Source: Ptychomitrium polyphyllum (Eukaryota). Taken from it: a stretch of DNA of 64,000 nt. A model generated the notes under the pieces. The model worked only from the letters and a program-made list of their open reading frames with translations, ran no database searches and was not told the DNA's origin. Shown here piece by piece: positions 26,440-39,500 of the stretch (position 1 is the first letter of the stretch; each line of letters begins with the position of its first letter). Location of the stretch: positions 21,700,001 to 21,764,000 of the forward strand of contig OZ316775.1 in NCBI GenBank assembly GCA_973851085.1, written 5' to 3'. Made by a program: the position numbers and the translations under genes.

Positions 26440-28027
26440 GATATTCCACAACCGAACACTTTGGTAATTCTACCCTTCTCCTAAATCGTCACTGAATTAA
26501 ACAATCCAAGACTTAGTATTGAATCTCCGGAGCGGTAATTATAGTTATCCTAAAAGTCAGTTCAAAGAGGAAAGTTTATGCAAATCGGGGGTAAAACTCC
26601 TGGAGTAGCAAGCATAGAGTTAAAACTGGATGACTGAGTAGATGGACAATCCAGATTCCCACAAAATTCTGAGACGTAGGTTGAGTCCCACAAGAGATCG
26701 AACGCTGTACTCTACTGTAAGCTGAGCTTGATCGTTTGCAAAGTGAGTGGGGACGCAGAGGAGTCAACTGGATGGTTGAGGGCAGCGGGGCGATGGTTAT
26801 ATAGCGCTTCTGGGGACACGGAATGGTGCTATCAGAATTTGAACATGCTGTTTTGCAACACTCACATGTCCTACGACTTGGCCTGCTAATGGGTCAAGGT
26901 TGAAGTTTGTAAGCGGGTGGAGGGGCTGCCTACGAGTCGGAAACAGGGCTGGAGCTTCGCCGACTCGGTGGGAGGGCCCGTGATACGGCCAAGTGGTCAT
27001 TTCTCCAGGCTTTCATGGCGTTTATGGCGTTGTGAATTGTGGTACGTTAACCTAGAATACATTATTCTGCTTTGCTATTTACGGTTGCGTCAGTAGGAGA
27101 GTTACTGATTGCTGGTGCTTTCTCGTGGCGCATATCCCCACCACATGATTGGCCGTGTTGGCTGCAGACTCCCTCCAGTCTTCCACCGAATCTGCATGCT
27201 CTATTGTGTAGTATGGTGTAGAGTCTGTATCGTACTCTGCCTTTGTGATTTGTGGTGTGCTGCAGTATGTACACATGATGGTTGGTAAATCTGTTGAGGT
27301 AAAGTGAGTCAAACGGAAGAAGAAGAATGGGTCCCCCTTTGTTGATGGTAGTTCTAAGGACATAGGATGAGGGTATAGAGGGAAAAGAAGATTCATCTAG
27401 GATAACTTGGAACAAAGTGGTTGTTGAGTTTCTTGTTGATGTAGTACACTACATTACGTTCTTTTGTGATTGGCAAAAACTCACTTTCATTTTGGAATGT
27501 GGAGTTTAGGAAGACATTAGAGGGAAGGAATGAATGTATTTATAAATGCAAAAATACATGGATAACTTGCTCACGGGCATTTTTCATTTTCAATTGAACA
27601 CTATTTTATAATGCAATTGTGCCTTTAGATGAAGGAATTCAAAAGAATTCAAAGGAATTTTTGAAGAATAATTGTTGGGACTCATAACATTATGTCTTTG
27701 GAAATCACATGCAAAAATTGAATTTTTTAAATTAATGGAATTACTTTTTTTTCCTTCATCTCATTAATAGAAATAAGGTCATTTTGGCTCATTTGTGAAT
27801 AGATATAGGATGATTTTATTTTTTAAAGTTATAAATTATTAATTTTTATTGATTTTTAAAAATAGTATAATTTAGTAATTCATATACAACCCTTGAAATT
27901 AAACAAGTTCATATGCCTAGTAATTGTTTGCACAAATGTAGCAAACTTTAAAATTAATCATCAACTATATGTATGTATAGATAATATATGTACATGGAAG
28001 AAGACCAACTTTAAAGTTTGCTACTTG

Positions 28028-28100
28028 TATATATATATGTATGTATGAATGTGCGTATATATATGTATATGTATATACACATGTATATATATATATATAT
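28028..28100. repeat. Imperfect (TA)/(TG) microsatellite
   Basis: Runs of tatata interrupted by tgta, gtgc and cac. Confidence 0.85.
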
Positions 28101-29794
28101 TAAAATGAATGTAGTATATAAAATTATAAGAGTATCTCAACTTTTGTGTTAAAAGATGAAGATAAAAAGAAATTGTCATAGACAAAATTATTTCATAACC
28201 TTATTATATTTAAATTAACACATATTGTTAATTGATGGTGAATGACAAGTATATTTTAAAACTTGTAAGAAAGTGGCAAGTCTTTAAATCAAACCCTGTT
28301 GTAATATTATTTACCAAATCTTAACAATACTTTGATTTATGCATGATTTGAACCATAATATGTAAATTTCAATTAGAATCTAGTTCAAAATATTTCATTA
28401 TTAAAAAACCTTGGTAAGAAAAAATGACTTCTTGAAGTTTCAATCACTCAAAATAATTAAAAGTAATACTTGGATCATATTTTTAAACCAATATCTTATG
28501 CATGTGGTAACTGGATTCCATGTTTGCCAGTGTATAAATTATCATCTGAACAGTATTGGTAAGGAGCAAACTTTGGCAAGGAGGAGGATAATTGCAAGCA
28601 CACATGTGGCAAGCAATTTTATCTTATTCATTTTAGTTGATTAGGGATGGAGTGATGGAAAATCTGGAGTTGCAATAAAACTCAATGAAACTACAACATC
28701 ACAATGTATATAAGCCAATATGGCTGTATTGGTTCAAAAGTTTAGAAAATTAAACAAAGGAGTGAAATTGAAGACATAAAAGAAATTCATCTTAGAAGAC
28801 TAGTGGTATTTGAGTTTAATGGAAGAGTTAAATGTGAAGGAAATTTGAAAGCAATTTAGTTAAGAAAATAAATATAGGATAATGACTCAAACATTAGGCC
28901 AGACTCAATACAAACTAAAGGAAGTAGGCTTCATCAATCTAAGACCTTCCATGTTTCCAAAGGAATCCTTGTAAACTTGTATCATATCAAGCTTGGTAGA
29001 AAAATTTGCTTGTAGAAGCAAGTGTTACTAAGAAGGCTAGAATCATGCAGAAGTTTAAGAAAAGGACGGGAAAATTTGGATTTGAGGAGAAAAACTTAGT
29101 GGAGCAGTGGAAGACAACCGCATATGGAGTGGCACCCAGGTGCTTCTCCGGACCGAAGCCCTTGGGCAGGTGCATCCGTAGACGAACTAATTCTACCAAT
29201 TTTGATGTACTTGCTTCGGGAAAGTTCTTTTAGATTCACTTTCCAAGTTTGAGCAACGGCTCACGAATTCGGTACTCGGAGCAATTCAGCCTAGGCTTCA
29301 GTGCTCTGCAGGTGCAGGCAAGTCTAGTATGGCCACGCCTTTCGTGCCCTGTCGGTTTAAGTGAGTTCGACGAAGTGGGCCCTTGGCCAGCAGTTTCGTT
29401 CTTTTTCAGTAGTTGCTGTGTAGCCAGCCACACAGCAACCCCACCTCTCCTTTTCTCAAGTACATGACATCGGAAAACAAGCCTACCTTGTACCATTTGA
29501 AAGATGGACTCGTGCATGTTCACACAAGACCTGATTTCTACCAACTGTCAAGCTTGAGGGCACGTCGCCCAAGCAATCTTCTGTCGTTGTGTGGATTCTT
29601 GTTGTTTGCATGTGCCTTGGACATCCACCTGAATTTTTCATGAGGATTTCTTTAGTTTCTATTTCGCATCTGAAAAGCCTACATTAATTACTTTAGTCTA
29701 AATATAGTAAATTGGCTACAAACAACATATGAAATCACTGATTACAAGTTTCTGCAAAGATTTTCAATTTTGCCTTGTTGGCCTGGTAATATAA

Positions 29795-31499
29795 GGTCGT
29801 TTTACTTTAAGAGATGGAATTTAGGAGATGGAATTAAGGGTGGATATATTAAGCTTCCAATAAGTTTCATAAGAAAATAATTAGAAAGTAAAATCTTTTG
29901 AATTTCGAAGGTTTAAACGTTAAAAATAGAAGAATTTTTAAATGGTGGAATATCTTATTTTGAATGTAATTTAGCATTAAAAATGACTTAATTTGATTTT
30001 GATATGTTAAATTTGATAAAAATATGTAATTTTCAAATTTGAGCATATCCTACATAGTATAGATTTAGCTTCTTATAGTAGGCCTCTTCTTCTATTTATG
30101 CAAAAATAACTATATTAACTTCTTTTTGAAGTATTCACCTTCAAGCTAAAACCTTTTTTTTTTAATTTCCAAAAATATGGTTTTTATCAAATGATAAATA
30201 TTATGAAGTTGTATACATATAATACATGTTTACACAATTGTTTAGTCCAAATAATATCATGTCATTGCAATAATTGGTTTTGTAGGGAAATTAGTAAAAA
30301 AATTTAATGAAATTTCTTATTGAACTAAAGTAAAAGACCAAAACAATTGAAAATCAAATATGGCCAAAGACACACGTACAAAAAAAATTGAGAATTGAAT
30401 TTTAAGACACAATGATTACAATTAATTATTGATGTCATTTATAACCTAACTTTGATATTAACACTTTTATTGTTGACTTCAAAAATGTAATAATTCCAAA
30501 TGAAAATAACCGCAATAAAAACATTTAATATCAATATTTATTGAATGTGAATTGAACAAAAAATACTATATAACTTGCTTATTGTACCTTAATCATGTTA
30601 AATATTTTATTCACATTGTGTTCATTTATTATTATTACCACCTAGTGTATTTTTGTAAAAAATGAGTGATATTAATGAAAGAAATAGTAATAAAAAGAAG
30701 ATGGTTTTGAATGGAAGACATTTTGTTCTTCATCCCCTAAATGACATGAATAAAGTGTGATAGTAACTAGAATAATATTATTGATATAAAACAGTAGTTC
30801 AAAATCACTATAATTTTAAAAATACTTATACATATGGAAAAGTCAATATAATAAGTTCAAAATAAAAATTATGTGATTTTTTGTTTAGAATCTTCTTAGT
30901 TTTATTAATCATTACGAAATATGTATTAATAAAAAGCATAATATTCCAACATCTAACCTATTGCACTTTTTGACACAACTATTCTAAAGATAAATGTACC
31001 AAAACTATTATTCAACAAAAAAAAGTATATATTTTATACAAAACAAATACATTTATTATAAATAAAAGTTTCTATGAATTTAAGTATATTTTAATAGGAC
31101 ATTTTGTATCCAAAAAAACTTATTTTTTATTTTTTATAAATATTTAATGCAAGTATTGGTCAATCATAATGAATAGGTTATATAGCTTGTTCTAAAGTCA
31201 TATTAAATTTTTGTTTAAAAAATCATTTCATAAAGTAAATTTATAGTAGATAATAAGATATGTATATTTTCCTTTTATAGATATTGGCCTTGGAATTAGA
31301 AATTCTTTAATATCTACAATGAAGATTTAATTTCAAAACAATTACGCATGAAGTTATTCATTAATTTCTAATAGTTTCAGTTGTTATATAATTTTTTCAA
31401 GAACAATCTCATAAATTTGGATGTCCAAATTTAACATCACTGGTGTTCAAAATTAGCCAATCAAATTTTCCTTCTACCATCTCTAAGCAAAACATAACT
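29795..31499. mobile_element. Possible old non-autonomous TIR DNA element (PIF/Harbinger-like)
   Basis: Extremely AT-rich block of about 1.7 kb. The left end GTTTTACTTTAAGAGATGG resembles the reverse complement of the right end (GTTTTGCTTAGAGATGG). Flanked by TAA and TTA. Degenerate. Confidence 0.3.
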
Positions 31500-33304
31500 T
31501 TACTTGCCTTATAAAGAGTTCATTCAAACTCTTTATGCATAAAACATTTTGTTTAATCCTATTTGGTAGCAGCCAAGGTACACTTAGGAAAGGAGTTCAG
31601 CACATTGGCATTGTCCCAAAAGGGAGCACGAACAAGACGAGGGCTTGATTGTGAAGAACTGACCACGTGCGCACTGAGAATAGAGCCCCTCCTGACGCTC
31701 CAGGGATTTTCCTGCAGCAGCAGTCTCTTGGTAGTGGAGCTTCATGACGAGATCCCTCCCTTCCAAAGTTAATACTTTTGAAACAAAACATTGCTTCAAC
31801 TACGAAGCTACTTCCCGAACATCTAAAGACGAATAAGGATGCTGAGAAGTTCATTTGTCATCTATCTGAAAGGTTTGTACACATTATAAGAACCTTGGAG
31901 GTATAAGAACATAGCTACTACATTCGAAGGGAGATGAAAGGAATACTAGTAGTGTAAGCTGTAAGGCAGACCATTGCAACCACGCAAATGTTACACAAGA
32001 GGAAAAGAAAGCACAACCATATTAACTAATGGCTGACTGGCACAAATTTTGAAGTACAAGCACACTGACACGATGAAAGAAACTCTAAGAAACACACATC
32101 CACCCCACACGTAGATTTATGAGTTGATACAGTACTCCATCGATGAGCTTAATCTATCATGAACCAGTGTTTATAAGGACTCTACGAGGAATTCTGTGAC
32201 ATTAGACTACATGCCTGTATATCGCACTATAGTGTCATAGATTCTATACCTTCATTTAAAATTCTCTCATCAGCATGCCTGCACAATTTGAATTCCAGAC
32301 AAAATAGGAGACACAAGACAACAGAATGCACAATAAACTCGACTAGCATGTATTTTGAGCATGTAAGCCAATGAATGCAATCTAGTTCACGTGGCTACGT
32401 TGGTATATTTTCAGATTAGAGGTCACAGCCACTTGAAGAACTAGAAGCCAAGCGAACGAAACAATTCAACCATACTGACTGCATATCAAGTCAATGCAAG
32501 GCCCGTATTGCAGGGTGAAATTTTTTTGAGGGACAAAAGATCTTATCACAAGCTGTGAAGTGAAAAAAGAGGTGGAATTCTTCACATGATATTAATAAGA
32601 CCAGAACTGTAAATTTTACATTTAGTTTCAATCGCTTTGTGGGGCCTCAGAACCGAAGCTTGGAAAAACCACCTGTTCTTTCCAGTCTTGAAACTGTCTT
32701 CTAAAACTGCTTTCGCCCCCTATCATCATCAAACACTAGCAGCTTAATACCAAGACTCTCTTCGTCACAACACAAAATCAAGACATTAAAGGCGTCCCAC
32801 TTAACAAACCTAAAAAAAAGTCATGCTCAAACTTTGATTTTCTAAACATAAGAATCTACAATTACAATTCCGAAAACTGACTGTACCTGTAGCTTAAAGA
32901 AAATATTATTCTGTCACTACATGGCAATGCCACTTACTTCCAGTGACTACCAAAAGTAAAAACTGATTGCCCAGCATTAAGTACCTTTCTGGCTTCTACA
33001 CGGCTCGCGGTAGACTCCAATTTCTCAGCAGTCACGGTGGACTTCAAATCCACGTCCAAAGTGTACCTGTGATGTGCAACTACTACAAGTAAAGAACATT
33101 CGTAATGCTTCTAAGTCCAGCTACGGAATTTATAGAGATGGTTTCCATCTATCGTATAGGAAAGAAATACACTCCTACCAAATCATACTTCTAATTTAGG
33201 CCGAGCGACTGGCAACGATTCGGTTTCTTTCATGACAAAGTCGTTCTCTAAGTTCTGCCAGTGCTGAAGACTCCTTCATAATAATTTTCCTTAACTCTAA
33301 AATC

Positions 33305-33460
33305 GATTGTGTGCGAAGCTACTATCAAATTGCACCCACTTGTAAGGGTGTTGTCAGCATGAATCAGATTGCACCCACTAGTGGGAGAAATAACTTCCAG
33401 TTTACTTTCTGCCTCCCATGAATCAGACAGATATGAAACGTCAGGCTGGGAAAAGAATCA
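33305..33460 (-). ncRNA. Degenerate paralog of the intron-1 H/ACA snoRNA (RPL27 intron 2)
   Basis: Shares GTCTGATTCATGGGAGGC, an H box (AAAGTA), GCTGACAACAC, GGGTGCAAT.TGATAGTAGCTTC and a terminal ACA with the 33917-34046 copy. It lacks both 5' guide halves and carries a 33-nt insertion at 33359-33391. Confidence 0.65.
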
Positions 33461-33916
33461 ACGACAACTCAAACTTCGCATAGCTCTGAGCAGAAGCTTG
33501 TACGTTATTCACAAATTCAAATTATAAACAAAATCAGAATATGCAATGACCTTCACAAGCATAATAGGTCGCATTTGCGTGAGCTGATTCATTCGGTTCC
33601 TACAATGAGGAGCCAGACACAGAGAATGCTAAAGAACAAACGAGTACCTGGTGGGCATAATGTGGTTGTAGTTCACCACTTTCGTAAACGCTTTCAGTCT
33701 GGAGCGCTTGGTAATCGTCTTCTGGGACACCTTCTTAATCACCTGCAACCAAAAACGCCTCAAGAGCCAATTCCTTCCAGAGACTCTAGACTCAACTTCC
33801 ATCACTATACCAATAATTTCGTGCATGCACCATTCTTCCACTATAGATCAATTCCAGATCCCAAGTGCAAGCACCCAAAAGTGCAACAGCAGCTCGTTAC
33901 TATGAACGACATCTAA

Positions 33917-34046
33917 CCATGTCTGAGAAGCTACTATCAGATTGCACCCAGTGATACGAGTGTTGTCAGCGAAACTTCCAAGTTACTCTTGGCCTCCCAT
34001 GAATCAGACATACATGTCATGTAAGGCTGGGATTAAAAAGAGGCAC
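33917..34046 (-). ncRNA. Box H/ACA snoRNA (about 130 nt) in RPL27 intron 1, with two guides to LSU rRNA
   Basis: Hairpin 1 (GCCTCTT/GGGAGGC base stem, TACAT/ATGTA upper stem), H box AGAGTA (33989-33984), hairpin 2 (GAAGTT/AGCTTC, CACTC/GGGTG), then ACA (33922-33920) plus 3 nt. Guides TTAATC+TTCATG pair with rRNA CAUGAA-UG-GAUUAA. Guides TTTCGC+GATAGTAG pair with rRNA CUACUAUC-UA-GCGAAA. Confidence 0.88.
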
Positions 34047-34543
34047 AAACCTAATCACCGGTACCAAACCCTACTAGAGCCATCTGCAGATTTTTGAGAA
34101 ATAACTCCATGTACACACCAAGTAATGCAAACCTGCCAAACCAAATCCCTAAAGTCGCAGAACCCAAGACGTCCACAATGAATATCACCAAAATCAGACG
34201 TTTCAACTTCCTCAAATCGCTCGCAAAATGAAACTCTAGTCCTACATGGAGCGAGAGGAAGATGAATCTATGGCAGTACCTTGCGGGGATACTTGGCGAT
34301 GCCGCAGACGGTAGCGTGGCCGTAGGGGCGCTCCTTGGTGCCATCGTCGAAGTCCTTGACAATGACGGCCTTGCGACCAGCGTAGCGGCCTGCAGGAGCA
34401 CCACCACCTTGTTGGGCTTGAGGAACTTCACCATAGTGCCGCCAACGAGGACAGTGACGCCTGCTAGCGATGGAGAGAAAGGCGAAAGAGGTCGCAAACA
34501 GCATGGGTCGCCAGGCCATGAACACCCCCTGCGACTAGCCTAG

Positions 34544-34555
34544 CCCTAACCCTAA
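34544..34555 (+). promoter_or_regulatory. Telo-box-like motif upstream of RPL27
   Basis: CCCTAACCCTAA about 110 bp upstream of the ATG. Telo boxes (AAACCCTA) are common at plant ribosomal-protein and snoRNA promoters; this match is imperfect. Confidence 0.35.
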
Positions 34556-36531
34556 TTCTAGTCCTCCCTTCCTTCGCCACAGGCAAGGTTAACCAACCGG
34601 AGTACAAGAAGATTCCCTGGACTCCATTGATATAACTCTGTAACTTATGTAAAAACCTTTAAGGCAGATATACCCATTCTCGATAACGTCCCCATTACCC
34701 CAAACGTCGCGAAGCAGGAGATGCCGTCATTCTTTTACCAGAATCTCAAAATTAGGTTACAGGCAAGACAGCTTGGAGGTCGCTGAACGTTCGGAATGGG
34801 TGGCCCCTTGATGTGGTAAAGACTAAATGGGATGTTAACAAAAGGTTATACGCATTAGCAGTGACGGACGTGGTTAGGAACTGATATTCCAACTTTGCAG
34901 AGACAGCTTGTAGTTTGGGTGGTGCTGATTTGTAAACATGGAGAATAACGACCTCGCATTCCTTTTCATAATGGTTTCTAGGTTCTTCCTTGCCACATTC
35001 ACAGATCTGAGATCTCAACTAAGAGATCATTAGAAATCCCATTTTAAGTCCACAATGCAGAAAGTTGCAACTTCATATGCAGTAGCTGGTAGCTCTTATA
35101 TCTAGTTTAGAAGCAGTCTAACTTATTCAGTCTCTATTTGCAACTTGGTTTTAGTTCATGGTGCCCGGAATCACGGATGCAGTTGGTGGTGACAATCTTT
35201 TTTAGGTGCATGACCGTCTAGAGGTGTTCAAGCAAGAAGATGATGAGTATTTTGCCCCTGGTTGTGAGACATGGTCTCGTATGGAAGCAACAACACTAGT
35301 GGCAATGAGAAATCTCCCATTGGAATACAGGTGGTCACAAAATTCATAGGAAGGAGGACAAGATGCAGTACAGAAAACAGGGTTTTATGGAGAAAATGAG
35401 CAGCTAAAGCAAGCCATGGCAGCCGTAGATGAAGGTATGAGTATGAGAAGGACATCGAATCTGTTTATCATTCCATGTTTGTCTTTCCGTGAATAATGCT
35501 ATGATGTATGGACATCCAGGAAGCCAGACTCTGCAGGAGTCTTGAGTCCAGGTGAAGAAGAGCACATTGTGCAATACTGAAGGCAAGGCAACTTTGAGTA
35601 GGGCAATGATTAAGAACTAGTGTCATAGTTACTGGTTATGAATCCACCTTTAGGTTGATTTTGGTCATGACAAATTTTTTGCTAAAAACTTCTTTGGTGA
35701 TTTTGTTTTTGGAAATATATTATGAAAAAATTATATCCCTTACGATCAACTTATACTGCACTGGCACATAGGCTAAAATGCTTTGTTATGGGTGCTTTGA
35801 CCTTTTTGTATTAAAAGTAAGTCTAGTCAAGTCCATTTTCATACATTTACACTTTGGATTTTTGTGGTAACTCCAAATTACATGCAATCATCAAGGTTCT
35901 CATTATTATACAATTGCAATTAATACATGCTTTGATAATCATAGTTGATATGGTTTCATTGGAAGCTCTATTGCAATAGCTTTATTTTTATACCATATTC
36001 AAGACTTGAAGTATCATATTATTGCCATAATTACACAAAAAATTTCAAATATATTATTTTAAAAAAAACAAATTATAGTGAATAAACAGCATGGAATATA
36101 GAATTTAGCCTAAGAATTGCCTCAAGATTCAAAATAAGATTGATAGCCATATCTTTCACTTGGTATAAAACATGCAAGATATTAAAGATTAAATTCACTT
36201 TTTTTTCTTTTAGAAAGTATTCATATTTTAAAGATTAAATAAAAACAATTGTTCTATAGAATGTTCATATATTATTAATCTTTTTATTATTATTTTCCAT
36301 CCTTTTTTACAAATACATAGGTCTTTATTACATATGATAAAAACCTTTGATTGATCTTACATATAATTAGCATATATAAACTATAATACATACAAAAACA
36401 GAAAAAGGAATAAGAAGTTGGCCTTTAGCTCTTTCTATTATGAAGAAGATTAAAAGGCCATTTCAAAGGGGCCCTCTTTACACAACAAGCCTACTCAATT
36501 TCAAAGCATTTACAAGGCTTTGTTATTTAAT

Positions 36532-39500
36532 CTACAAGTTTTTACAAGAACAATTAGATTGACATGACGTACAAAAGGATTTAGTTAAGTAGAGTTTGGA
36601 TCTCTTCCAATCATGTGTCCAAATTTTAAAGTTGTCATATAAAGTCTCTTGAATAATCAAATAAAGTCCTCCAATACTTGCAATAATCATGAAAAAGACA
36701 CCAAGTATAATACAAGCCTGCAATTACATTGATCAATACATCGATACTAATTAAAAATCTAAATCTATAAAAAAAATTAACCATTTAAGTAAATAAAGGT
36801 TTCATTAGTAGATTAAACACTTGTAATTAAATTTAATTTAAATCCTTGTGAATAATGTTTTTCAATTACAATCTATACAAAATTTGAAAAACATTAGAGC
36901 ATTACTTTTTTTGAAAAGCTAATACAACTCAAGTGTCTATTGATCATTATCTTATATTAACACAAAACCTACTATTAATCCAGAAAATTAATCTAATATA
37001 GTGCACAATAGAAATATGAATTTCTTATAATAAAATTCATTTACTCTAGTGCTCCGAAATCCTTATTCAGCTACCAATTCATATGAATTTGCAATACTTC
37101 CAATTAATAGTTCCAAGTAATAAATGTGTTTAAAATATAAAACGTATACAAGTTGATAAACATACCAAATTCAAGTAAAAGGATTTTGACCTCCATCTCT
37201 TTTCATTGTTTATCTTCAACCATATGATACAAGGCAGCTGCCACAAAACAGAATCCACTGGTGCAATCAATACTTTCACATAAAATCTGGCTGTGCACAA
37301 CAAATCTACTCTCTGAACTAGGCAAGCAAAAATATTTGTTGTTATCCACCACAATGATTTGAAAGTTGACGGTTTTCCAGGTAATTTAACTTACAAAGAA
37401 GGTTGTTGGAGCAATTACAAATCCTCCAAAGAAACCAAGCAGGGGAGAGAAATATGGGAAAACCATAGCTAGACCTGTTGTAAAACCTGCACACCACAAA
37501 GCACCTTGTAATGATTGTCAACGATAACCTTAAGTTTGCAAGAGCAGGCTTAAACTTTAACTCTTAGGGGAAGGGTTAAAGTATTACAATAAGATGACAT
37601 TTCAGTATATTATCAGTAAAAAACTTGAAGTCTTTGAATGGAAATATGCGCTTTATTTTACCTATATACAGGGTCCTAACCAAGATCCTCTTCATTTTAG
37701 AACTTCTAGGCTTGATTTTGAAAAAGATTCCTAATTGTGTAAATACTGGCACGGCAAAAATCTGCATAGAATATAGATCAGTTTGTCAGCTATTCTAAAC
37801 CAAATGTTAGGTATTTCTTTGTAAATTATAATTTTACAAGAAATAAAATTTTCAATCCATATCAATCTTTGTAGATACGGATGCAAAGTTTGAAATCTTG
37901 AAGAAATAATTGGTTCTAAATAGTAAAAAGAAGGAATTATAAACACTAGGGATCTATCAACAATAGCTTACAAGGTTAATTATTTATTGATTTAAGCCTT
38001 TTGTAGATGAATATATATTTTTCCTAAGAATTTCTTCAAATAATATTATATCATATAATACTGAAGTGTAACATGATGGCACTCTTCATATGATAGAGTG
38101 TATATATGTAGTTTAATGTTACATTTGACAATGCATCATATAAATTTATTCAATCTTGAAATGTTGTTTACAAGAACAAAATATCAATTAATTATTGAAA
38201 AGATTCAATACTATACAATATAATTTTTTATTTAAAGAAGCCATAGGATCAATTAATTATATAATCAATTCTTATTTAAGTTTAGCAAAGGTAAAATTTT
38301 CATATTTGTATTTTATCCATATAATTTTAATATATAAAATTTTATAAGAGGAGTACGAAGTATGCATACAGTGTTGGAAAATCAGTAATATAGCTTGCTT
38401 TGTTGGGGGTATAATCATTTAAAAAATTTATTTCGTAACTTGTTGTTTAGTTTTTGAATCTATCTTCATGAATTTTTTGGAAATTCTATATTTTATTTAA
38501 AACTTAATAATATCTTTCAAGTTGTAGTATTATGATAGTGAAGAGAAAATTAGATTTGTTTAAACTTCCAAAAGTTGCAGTGCAGTACCTGATAACTTCC
38601 AATCAAATGAAGGATCAACATCAAGTTGGCTGCAATAACCACTCCTTTTGGAGCTTCTGTAACATGATACTGTATGAAACTCAATACATTTTGGCTTATT
38701 TGATTACCATGGATCTTATAAACAGCGATGCTCATTGGGATGTAGCAGATTGCAACCATCACATAAGTTATCCACACTGCACGCATCATTTCTCTCTCAG
38801 AGCTTCTTTCTGGGGTAGATGGTATCCCATTCTGAATCTCCAGAACAACATTATGAGCAGCATAAGCAAAAGCTATAATTCCAACGGCATTGAATGCTCT
38901 AAATACCACATCTTCATCTGTCAGCTTCACATTGTCTGCACAGTGATCCAACGTTGCCTGCTTTGGTGGGTTGTAGCTAACGTCCTTAGGGCCACTGTAA
39001 TAAACAACTGTAACCCAAGCAATTGTAGAGTAGCTGTGAACATGCAGCCAAACACAAAGAAGAATCTGTGAGCATAATAAATTGGGTTACACAGTGACAT
39101 TACAAAGTACTGATCATGTCCAGAGCACTCTGAATGGACAGCCCTGACATACAGTATGTTCAACTGTGTAGGCTGTCACACAACACTCTTCAATGACCTC
39201 TTTGAACACCCTGTCTATAAAGAGATATTTCTATTGTCTTAAAGGTACAAATCCATATGTCAAAAACTTGTTGCTTGAAGATTGGAGGAATTTCTTTGTC
39301 AAGGCACCAAACTTCGCTCATGCCTCCTACCACATGCCTTCACTCTCAATTATTGTTGATATCCCATTTTTTAACGTGAAGATAATACCCCATTTTCAAA
39401 GATAAAGGTGAATTACTTCAATTGTTGAAAACTGTTATACTATTGATAAAAGTAATAAGTGTTGCCTTTTCTGAATGCATAATATGACCAAACTTTGGAC

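Larger units (their letters stand above)
32647..34434 (-). pseudogene. RPL27: 60S ribosomal protein L27 (eL27), intron-retaining copy with two frameshifts
   Basis: Exons 34434-34280, 33742-33648, 33066-32985, 32719-32647 encode [68 protein letters not shown]. One G is missing at about 34390 (CAGGCCGC instead of CAGGGCCGC), and a second indel lies at about 32663-32668 before KLRF*. Confidence 0.85.

Noticed and set aside
25771..26467. Plus-strand 197-aa and 106-aa ORFs
   Set aside because: Antisense to P450 exon 1.
26576..27415. Chain of minus-strand ORFs upstream of the P450
   Set aside because: Protein-like in places but stop-interrupted and unassignable.
28987..29643. Cluster of 70-100 aa ORFs
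   Set aside because: No motif or splice chain that I could support.
34380..34395. Programmed frameshift or micro-intron explaining the RPL27 frame break
   Set aside because: No slippery heptamer or intron-sized gap. A second indel downstream makes decay or sequencing error simpler explanations.
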